DNA of 32,000 nucleotides from NCBI GenBank assembly GCA_030614005.1, contig JAUWKS010000004.1:30001-62000 (forward strand). Direction: 5' to 3'. Shown piece after piece: positions 11,611 to 18,843 of this stretch (positions are counted from its first letter, which is position 1; every line of letters starts with the position of its first letter). Source of the stretch: Candidatus Heimdallarchaeota archaeon (GTDB taxonomy: Archaea; Asgardarchaeota; Heimdallarchaeia; JABLTI01). The position numbers and the translations under genes were made by a program. The notes under the pieces are model-generated. The model was not told where the DNA came from. It made no database searches and saw nothing but the letters and a program-made list of their open reading frames with translations.

Positions 11611-12672
11611 ATGATTACAAGTACAAAGTTGGGCATAATTCTTGTTGAATTTGATTCACTTAAAGGACCAGTTATTCGAAATAAAAATCCAAAGAATTTT
11701 CAAATTCCAAATGAAACAAATGATGAAAATTTACTTATGTGGATATTAAGAGCAAATGAGTTCTCTGTTCGAAAAATTGGAAAGCAAACAGCATTTGCAA
11801 AAGCTATTTCTTTGGATGACCCAAATTTTCCTAGAAAGAAAAGACAGTTTGGATTAGGATTAATAGCTCAACCAACTATAGATTTGATTGAAGCAGAGAA
11901 AATCTTAGATTTAATTATTTCTACAAGTAAAAAAATAAGTAATAATAAACCATACTTTAAGATGCTAAATGGATTATTAACTTCAATTGCTAATTTCATA
12001 ATTCCAAGTGAATTCAGCAATAGTGAAACTCTATCACCTCAAGAAAGAAAACCAATGAGCAGAATTCAAAATGAAATTATTCTGAAGCAAGAAACACCAC
12101 GTATGCTAATTAGTAACAAATTTAATGTATTTCAAAAAGTAGTCATTTCTTCAAAGCAATCAAATTATACCATTTCTATTGGAAACAAAGAAACCTCCCT
12201 TGAATTAGAAAGAAATACTTCACATAAAGAAATGAGCATTTCTACAGAAAAAATGAAAATTGATGTTGTAGTTCAAAAAGATATTCCGGAGAACTTACAG
12301 ATAGGGCTAGATATTTTTTCAAGAATACTAGATGTTGTAATAGATATATCAAATATTGAGAATAGGGTAGTATCCAGTTTGGAGTTTTTGGATAGATTAC
12401 TACTTGAAGATGTTGATATTCACTATTACATGCCTTTCTCACAATACCTAGTTGCAATGGAAGCATATACCATATCTGAATTTAAAAATGAAGAAATTGA
12501 AGATCAAATTGCTAATTTCAAAGATACATACGGAGAATGGGTAGAGTGTATAATTGGAAAGGAATTTGATGGAAAAAAATTAGCTGAATTTTTCACTGTA
12601 ACAGGTATAACACGTGAGAGTTTAGAATTACTGATTGACCTATTATTTGTGAAACTTGTTGCAATCTTTTAA
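11611..12672 (+). CDS. Longin/uDENN-domain protein resembling NPRL2/folliculin-type GAP subunits, with a possible C-terminal winged helix
   Basis: N-terminal IILVEFDSLKGPVI...P and ISLDDPNFPRKKRQFGLGLI match the longin pattern of NPRL2/FLCN/SMCR8 as recalled; C-terminal FDGKKLAEFFTVTGITRESLELLIDLL is wHTH-like. GGTG-type SD upstream. Confidence 0.6.
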   Translation: MITSTKLGIILVEFDSLKGPVIRNKNPKNFQIPNETNDENLLMWILRANEFSVRKIGKQTAFAKAISLDDPNFPRKKRQFGLGLIAQPTIDLIEAEKILDLIISTSKKISNNKPYFKMLNGLLTSIANFIIPSEFSNSETLSPQERKPMSRIQNEIILKQETPRMLISNKFNVFQKVVISSKQSNYTISIGNKETSLELERNTSHKEMSISTEKMKIDVVVQKDIPENLQIGLDIFSRILDVVIDISNIENRVVSSLEFLDRLLLEDVDIHYYMPFSQYLVAMEAYTISEFKNEEIEDQIANFKDTYGEWVECIIGKEFDGKKLAEFFTVTGITRESLELLIDLLFVKLVAIF

Positions 12673-12721
12673 GAATCACAATAATTACTAGAATAACTAG
12701 TAAGGAGGCATCTCCGAAAGA

Positions 12722-13582
12722 ATGACCCATTCCATCAACGAGAAGAAAGCACAATCCAATTCGATAATTATTCCAGATACGCCCGCAATAATGTTTAATG
12801 AAAAGGAATATAATAAAACATTAATTGTTTCTGATTTACACATTGGATACGTTTATGGAAGAAACACAAAAGGAATCATCCTTCCTGAATCAAAACGACC
12901 AGAAGATGATATCATTCGATTGCTTGATGAAAAACAACCAGACACGCTAATATTTCTTGGGGATTTTAAAGACGATATTTATGGAACACCACATCCAATT
13001 GCTGGAAGGATTTGGAAGTTTCTTAAACAATTAATGAAAAAGACTAATGTCATAATAATTAAAGGAAATCATGATGGGAAAATTGAAGAAATCATTCCGG
13101 AAGAAATAACTCTTATTCAACCTGAAGGATTGCTATTAACCCAAAAAGAAACAAATAAATCGATTGGTCTTTGGCATGGACATGCTTCACCAGCCTTAGA
13201 TGCATGGACAGCAGACATAACTATTTCTGCACATGCTCACCCAGCATATACTTTTCGTGATGAGATTGGATCCAAGATAACTCAAAAAGTTTGGGTAAAA
13301 GCAAAGTGGTTGAATGCCAAAGAAGGAAAACCGGATAGAATTCATATTATCATTCCCCCATTCAACAGATATATTGAAGGATATTCTGTAGATAGTGATT
13401 ATTTTAAAACAATAGTATTAATGAGAGATGCAATTGATTTTGATAATGCTGAAATATTTACTCTCGAGGGAATTTTAATTGGTACATTAAAAAATCTCCG
13501 AGAGAATAGAAGAGAACTAGAAAGGAGATTAAATACATTAAGAAAAGAAGTAAATGCTAGTAAAAAGAAAAGAAAATACTAG
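12722..13582 (+). CDS. Calcineurin-like metallophosphoesterase (archaeal ICC/COG1407-like)
   Basis: Five motifs in order: SDLH, LGD, GNHD, HGH, HAHP. AAGGAGG SD upstream. Confidence 0.88.
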   Translation: MTHSINEKKAQSNSIIIPDTPAIMFNEKEYNKTLIVSDLHIGYVYGRNTKGIILPESKRPEDDIIRLLDEKQPDTLIFLGDFKDDIYGTPHPIAGRIWKFLKQLMKKTNVIIIKGNHDGKIEEIIPEEITLIQPEGLLLTQKETNKSIGLWHGHASPALDAWTADITISAHAHPAYTFRDEIGSKITQKVWVKAKWLNAKEGKPDRIHIIIPPFNRYIEGYSVDSDYFKTIVLMRDAIDFDNAEIFTLEGILIGTLKNLRENRRELERRLNTLRKEVNASKKKRKY

Positions 13583-13606
13583 CAACTAAACAAAGTTCAG
13601 CACTAA

Positions 13607-14989
13607 CTATTTTTTGTTGGCTTTAGCCACAACAATTCCCGAAATAGCACTTTGCATAACACCTCGAGTAATTCCAGCACCATCTCCACAGAAGTATAGA
13701 TTTTTGATATCCTTAGATTCAAGGTCTTTGGTGAGATCAATTCGAATACTATAAAGCTTTATCTCAGGAGCGTAAAGCAGTGTATTTGGTCCATCAATTC
13801 CTGGCATTATAACATTCAAATGAGTTAGGAAATCTCGCAAGTCACTCATCACTCTACTTGGCATCGCAAAAGTAATGTCTCCTGCTATTGCGCTTTCTAG
13901 TGTTGGTTTAATCACTGAACGAGCTAATCTTTCGGGTGTTGAACGTCGACCATTCTTCAAATCTTCAAATCGTTGCACTAAAACGGAGTTTCCGCCTGAG
14001 AGCATGTTTGAAAGATATGCAACATGTTTTGCATATTGGATGGGTTGATTGAATGGTTCGGTGAAATTACAAGTAACAAGTATAGCAAAATTTGTATTGG
14101 GGCTCTTAACATCAGTTCTACTTTCACCATTCACACATGTTGTTTCTTCATATCGTTCAGTTGTAACATATCCTCCTGGACAAACACAGAAGGTTCTAAC
14201 AGAATCCTCATAGGTTTTCGTTGAGTATTCGATTTTAAATTCATATAAATTATCTGTGTATTCAGCACAATATTCATTCAAGGTTTCAATGCGAACACCA
14301 ATATCAACAGCATTGTTAGAGTATTTGATTCCTAATCTATCACATTCTGCTTTAAGCCAATTAGTACCGCCACGACCAACAGCCATAACTACATTTTTAG
14401 CTTTGTAAATGTCACCTTTTGTTGTTGAAACGCCTATTGTTTTGCCGTTTTCAATAAGAATTTTATCAACAGAGGTTTTTAGAATGATGTTAATTTTATC
14501 TTTCAAAAATAGGTAAATATTATCCATTATCGCAGAAGCATTATCAGTTCCCAAATGTCGAATGGGGTATGTGGTCAATTTCATATTTTCTGCTCTGCAG
14601 ATACTTTTCTTTTGATCAACAAATTCAGGGTCAGGAGAAAAATACCGATCCCCACCATTGCTATAAGAAAGAATAACTTCATCAACATATTCAGTGTATT
14701 CTTCTAGTTCTTCGAGAGTAAGAAAATCACTCATCCATCCACCAACAGTGCCAGAGATATCTTTTGTAATCTTACCATCTGACCAAGCACCAGCTCCACC
14801 AAAACCACTTGTAATGTTACAAATAGTACAAGCTACACATTCAATATTTCGCTCTCGACGAGGGCATTTCCTTTTGTATACTTCCTTACCTCGATCAATA
14901 AGGGTGATTTTTTTTATCCCTTGTTTAAGAAGTTCTAGAGCACAGAAAATTCCTGAAGGACCAGCACCAACGATAACATAATCATCCAT
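13607..14989 (-). CDS. FAD/NAD(P)-dependent oxidoreductase (COG2509-like)
   Basis: VIVGAGPSG dinucleotide fold, Cys cluster followed by GFGGAGAWSDGK, RHLGTD, MAVGRGG, RTFCVCPGGYV, LYAPEIK, FCGDGAGITRG. Confidence 0.88.
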   Translation of the reverse strand: MDDYVIVGAGPSGIFCALELLKQGIKKITLIDRGKEVYKRKCPRRERNIECVACTICNITSGFGGAGAWSDGKITKDISGTVGGWMSDFLTLEELEEYTEYVDEVILSYSNGGDRYFSPDPEFVDQKKSICRAENMKLTTYPIRHLGTDNASAIMDNIYLFLKDKINIILKTSVDKILIENGKTIGVSTTKGDIYKAKNVVMAVGRGGTNWLKAECDRLGIKYSNNAVDIGVRIETLNEYCAEYTDNLYEFKIEYSTKTYEDSVRTFCVCPGGYVTTERYEETTCVNGESRTDVKSPNTNFAILVTCNFTEPFNQPIQYAKHVAYLSNMLSGGNSVLVQRFEDLKNGRRSTPERLARSVIKPTLESAIAGDITFAMPSRVMSDLRDFLTHLNVIMPGIDGPNTLLYAPEIKLYSIRIDLTKDLESKDIKNLYFCGDGAGITRGVMQSAISGIVVAKANKK

Positions 14990-15077
14990 TTGACATTACC
15001 TTGCTTTACTTTTTTTTCTTAATAAAAAATTCTTCGCTCGTTATTATAAATAAAATAGCTTTTTTCATTCAAATTGA

Positions 15078-16361
15078 TTATAAATTAAATAATAATAGGG
15101 CAATGTTGCCATACAACAAATACTGAATATACCCTAAGAACATTAGAGAAACAAAAGGTATTCCAGGTGTAACCCAAACTGATTTCTTGTGTTGTTTTCT
15201 TAGCTGCCAGAGAGTTCGCAATTGTCTTTGCTCCATAACATCATCTTCATCTAAGCCCATTCTTATTTTGAGTTGCCAATCTTGAGAGTTCTTTGTAGTG
15301 TTACCATTCATTTTTCCTTTTGATGACTGACCTTCAAAATCGCCAGCTAATTTACCAATCATTTTTCCAGATAATTGACCTTCGAAAATTCCTTCAAGTG
15401 TACCAATAAAACATCCTTTAATTGGATGAGTATATCTACCATCAATATTGATTAGATATTCATTGGGTTCCAAAGCTACCTCTTCGGTTTCTTCAAAAGT
15501 TCCACGATATTTCATTAAGAGAGCAGTAACCGTTTCATCGTCATCATCATCTTTTCTGAGCTCTAATGCTTTTGTAAGACGTTCAGCTTTTGTAATAGCA
15601 TTCTCAAGAGTTAATTTCTCGAAATTTTCAGTATCAGCCAATTGAATTACTCCAATTACTTTTCCTGTAAATTCACCTATTAATTCACCATCGAAAATTC
15701 CAAGGAATTTCCCATCTAATCGACCTTCAAAGTTACCTTCAAAATTGCCCGAGAACTCCTTATCGGTGAATTCTTCTAGAAAATCAAAATGTAATTTTTT
15801 CTCATTAATTTTGCTTACAGGTTTCTTATATCCGAAGAAGAAGCATCTGATTTTTTGGGATGCAGTACCCCTTACTTCATTAAAGAGCGATTCCTTTGAT
15901 GCAGAAATAGCATTTACTACCATAAGAATTAGTGGATAGAAAATAGCTATAAGACCAGCATTCAGTAACAATGAGAATACCATTGAGTCAATAATGTTTA
16001 TTATCAATAAATCAGGTAAGTTGATGTTTACTAAATTAGTAGTAAGAGGATTAACAGGAGTAAGTATCGAGAGTGCCCAAAGTGCTTTGGTATCTGCTCC
16101 ACCCCATACACCAAGATAAAATAAAATAAAGCCTATTAAAAATCCTAAAACAACAGTAATTAGGATGAGAAGCAGAGCATTATTTTGATCCTCGGCATTA
16201 ATAACATACAAAGTATCCATTACTAATCCTATGATAACCATAAGGACCCATACTATCTCTCTTCGAACCTCTCTGTGGAGAATATCTTCAATTCCTGCAT
16301 AAAGTAAAGCAGCAAGAGTAACTGTGGGAACTATAATTGAATAAACAAGTTCGAATGACAT
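15078..16361 (-). CDS. flaK: A24-family GxGD-type preflagellin/prepilin peptidase (FlaK/PibD-like) with a large repeat-containing insertion
   Basis: First Asp motif EDILHREV, second GVWGGADTKAL, several TM helices, C-terminal VWVTPGIPFV.LM.LGY typical of archaeal A24 peptidases. 427 aa, much longer than typical members. Confidence 0.85.
   Translation of the reverse strand: MSFELVYSIIVPTVTLAALLYAGIEDILHREVRREIVWVLMVIIGLVMDTLYVINAEDQNNALLLILITVVLGFLIGFILFYLGVWGGADTKALWALSILTPVNPLTTNLVNINLPDLLIINIIDSMVFSLLLNAGLIAIFYPLILMVVNAISASKESLFNEVRGTASQKIRCFFFGYKKPVSKINEKKLHFDFLEEFTDKEFSGNFEGNFEGRLDGKFLGIFDGELIGEFTGKVIGVIQLADTENFEKLTLENAITKAERLTKALELRKDDDDDETVTALLMKYRGTFEETEEVALEPNEYLINIDGRYTHPIKGCFIGTLEGIFEGQLSGKMIGKLAGDFEGQSSKGKMNGNTTKNSQDWQLKIRMGLDEDDVMEQRQLRTLWQLRKQHKKSVWVTPGIPFVSLMFLGYIQYLLYGNIALLLFNL
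15298..15758 (-). repeat. Two blocks of tetrapeptide (F/L/I/V/M)-x-G-x repeats inside the peptidase
   Basis: Block 1 (about 15645-15755): FSGN FEGN FEGR LDGK FLGI FDGE LIGE FTGK VIGV. Block 2 (about 15298-15425): IKGC FIGT LEGI FEGQ LSGK MIGK LAGD FEGQ, then KGK MNGN. Confidence 0.85.
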
Positions 16362-16400
16362 AATAGAACACTCATTACAATATTCTGTTTTAAATTATAT

Positions 16401-17378
16401 TTACTTACCATTCTTCTTTTTATTGGTGGAAGCACTTTTCTTCTTATTTTTTGGGAGATCTTCTTCATCTTTAGCCGGAGGTCTCAGACAACCAGAGGTA
16501 ACTAAAATATTGCGTAATTTTTCTAAATCACTGCCAGATAGTGGGAAAATGGGTTTACGTGGATTACCAACATTAACTCCAAGAAGGTTCAAACTGGCTT
16601 TTATTGCAGCAGGAAATGATCCAAGTTTTAAACCAATTTCAAGAGGGAGAAGTTTAGTTTGAATTTCTTCAAAACGTTCTTTCATTTCAACATTGAAAGC
16701 TTCATACAATTCAACGAGTAAATTTGGAACGACGTTTGCACTTGGAATGATTGCTCCTTCTATTCCACCTTCTTTTAGAGCTTGAGGAAGCAGTAAACCT
16801 CTTCCAGTAAATACTCGAAAATCATCACTTACTTCTGAGCTTATTTGTGAGATTTTCTTGAAATCACTACTAAGCTCAATCATTCCAATGGTATGAGCAA
16901 ATTTAGAGATTTTCCTAATAGATTCAACAGATAAATCTATGCCACATCTATCTGGATTATTCACGAATAATGTGAAATTAGTTATGTTCTTACTTATTGA
17001 TTCATAATGATTGATTAATTCAAGAGCTGAAAGTGTAGGTATTTTTGGAGGGTAAACTACAAAACCATCTGCACCCGCATCTGTAGCATATTTAGCAATT
17101 TCCAGTAACCTCGCTTTTGATTCTGAGGGAAGACCAATATAAACCGGCACAGCTCCATTTACTTGATCAAGTATTGTATCAATTACTTGATGATATTCTT
17201 CATCACTTAAAGAATAGTGTTCTCCACTACTGCCAGTAGGTATTATGGCATTAATTTCAGAATTAATTAAAAAGTCAATTAACTCTCTTAATCCAATAAG
17301 ATCTAAACTTTCGTCTTGATTGAAAGGGGTAATGCAGGGACAACCGATTCCTTTGAATTTTTTACCCATTTTTTCCAA
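16401..17378 (-). CDS. DapA/NanA (DHDPS-family) TIM-barrel protein lacking the catalytic Lys and Tyr residues
   Basis: Family motifs ITPF, GSSGE, AGADG, NPDRCG, PAAIKA.L...G...G.PR.P; but GMIELSSD where GIKxSSGD is expected and LFVNNP where LYNxP is expected. The true start may be ATG 17369. Confidence 0.85.
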   Translation of the reverse strand: MEKMGKKFKGIGCPCITPFNQDESLDLIGLRELIDFLINSEINAIIPTGSSGEHYSLSDEEYHQVIDTILDQVNGAVPVYIGLPSESKARLLEIAKYATDAGADGFVVYPPKIPTLSALELINHYESISKNITNFTLFVNNPDRCGIDLSVESIRKISKFAHTIGMIELSSDFKKISQISSEVSDDFRVFTGRGLLLPQALKEGGIEGAIIPSANVVPNLLVELYEAFNVEMKERFEEIQTKLLPLEIGLKLGSFPAAIKASLNLLGVNVGNPRKPIFPLSGSDLEKLRNILVTSGCLRPPAKDEEDLPKNKKKSASTNKKKNGK

Positions 17379-17410
17379 CTCAGTATTTTCAGTTTGATAT
17401 CAATATTGAT

Positions 17411-17860
17411 TCACTCTATAAGTTTTTCAGTACCACAAATAATACAAAATTGTTCAGCGGAAAGGGGTTGGCCACATAAAGAACAAGTCATTCCTTGATA
17501 CAATGTTGAAGAAGCTACTTCACCTGTTTCTTCATCAAAAAAAACTTTTAGTTTACCTTGACCACGTAGAGTTAGTATAAGTTCGCGCAAATCAGAAATT
17601 TCAATATTTAGATCTATTGAAAGTTTGGTCAAACTAATTCGCTCATTTTCCATTGTGGAAATATATTTCAAAAGCACTCTATCAGAAACTATACTATCAA
17701 AGATACCTAGTAAACCGATAACGACCAATATTATGCCTGGAATTATCATCCAAATATCACCAGGGATAAGAGTAAAACTGGGTGCAATTGAAGCCCAAAT
17801 GATAAAAAGTATACCTAATACGCTGCTTGTAATGAACCAAATAAAGTGATTTTCACGCAT
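17411..17860 (-). CDS. Membrane protein: two TM helices, PCI-like winged helix, zinc ribbon
   Basis: Two hydrophobic helices (about aa 6-55); ISLTKLSIDLNIEISDLRELILTLRGQGKLKVFFDEETGEV resembles a PCI/wHTH C-terminal module; C-terminal CSLCG...CIICG. Confidence 0.6.
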   Translation of the reverse strand: MRENHFIWFITSSVLGILFIIWASIAPSFTLIPGDIWMIIPGIILVVIGLLGIFDSIVSDRVLLKYISTMENERISLTKLSIDLNIEISDLRELILTLRGQGKLKVFFDEETGEVASSTLYQGMTCSLCGQPLSAEQFCIICGTEKLIE

Positions 17861-17998
17861 TATTTACACCATAATAATTGCAATAAACATTCAGTGTTCT
17901 GCATTGATACTACTTCTTTTAATTATCTTGATTTAAAGCATTTTTCATTAACGAAGAATTATCTATTTAGGATGCTAAGAATAAAAGAACATAGAATA

Positions 17999-18670
17999 TT
18001 AGTTGAACATTGTATCTTCAGCGATTCGTGTAACTTCAACAAGAGCAATTTTAGTTGCATTTTTGCCAGTTTCAGTCAATTCATAGACTTTGCGTTCTCG
18101 ATCGCCTTCCCACTGTGATTTACCCACGATATACCCCTTCTCAACTAAGCGATGAAGTGAAGGATATATTGTGCCAAGTGCAATTTTCTGTCCAAAAAAA
18201 TTATCTAATTTTTCAACAAGTTCGTATCCATGTAGAGGAGATAACTTAAGTATTAATAAAATTCTAAATTGAGCTAGACTTTTCAGCAACTCTATTCCGG
18301 GAGAATCATCATCTAGATTAGGAGCTTTATTAACGATGATACAATTCAAGCTGTCCTGAGCATTATCCATCGCAATTCGACCTAAGCGAGTTACAACATA
18401 GGTTTTCCTTTTTCGACCAGATACTATCGTGGTTTTACTTTGAATATACTCTTTTGTTTTCATCCTTTGAAGTAATGGATAAATTGTGCCAGGTGAAAGT
18501 CTTCGTCCATAAATGGGTTCAAGCATACTTACAAGCTCATACCCATGTTGCGGGCCTTTTTTAAGAATTAAAAGAACCAATAATTGCGTTAAACCTGATA
18601 TTAATTCATGACCTATTTTAGAAACTGAATTTTCACTACTACGATTAGTACTCTCACTTTTTCCAGGCAA
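17999..18670 (-). CDS. Tandem (two-domain) PadR-family transcriptional regulator
   Basis: Two copies of the PadR signature: LLILK.GPQHGYEL...SPGTIYPLLQRM...RKRKTY.VT..G and LLILK.SPLHGYEL...LGTIYPSLHRL...RERKVYELTETG. TTG start. Confidence 0.9.
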   Translation of the reverse strand: MPGKSESTNRSSENSVSKIGHELISGLTQLLVLLILKKGPQHGYELVSMLEPIYGRRLSPGTIYPLLQRMKTKEYIQSKTTIVSGRKRKTYVVTRLGRIAMDNAQDSLNCIIVNKAPNLDDDSPGIELLKSLAQFRILLILKLSPLHGYELVEKLDNFFGQKIALGTIYPSLHRLVEKGYIVGKSQWEGDRERKVYELTETGKNATKIALVEVTRIAEDTMFN

Positions 18671-18690
18671 GAAATCACAACTTTACAAAG

Positions 18691-18728
18691 ATATAGTTAG
18701 ATAACAATATATTGGTATCTAGTTATAT
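18691..18728. promoter_or_regulatory. Imperfect palindrome upstream of the tandem PadR gene (candidate auto-operator)
   Basis: ATATAGTTAGATAACAATA|TATTGGTATCTAGTTATAT, 16 of 19 pairs complementary, 21-58 bp upstream of the TTG start. Confidence 0.5.
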
Positions 18729-18789
18729 GTATGTTTTCAATTACTCATCAGTTAATTTGAATTAAAAAATCTTTTCCAGATGAATGAAA

Positions 18790-18843
18790 GAGAAAATAAA
18801 AATAAGAAAAAAGAGAATAGAATTTAGATTTCTATTCTTTTTA
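18790..18843 (-). terminator. Probable terminator after EF-1alpha
   Basis: AGAATAGAA (18814-18822) / TTCTATTCT (18830-18838) hairpin just after the stop codon, followed on the minus strand by long T tracts. Confidence 0.5.

Noticed and set aside
12722-13582. Metallophosphoesterase as a third component of the Rag/NPRL2 module
   Set aside because: Co-oriented and 49 bp away, but it has its own strong SD and belongs to a widespread archaeal family; no sequence evidence of a link without synteny data.
13607-14989. FAD oxidoreductase as a recent horizontal transfer
   Set aside because: The family is common in bacteria and archaea; no flanking repeats, mobility genes or evident compositional shift.
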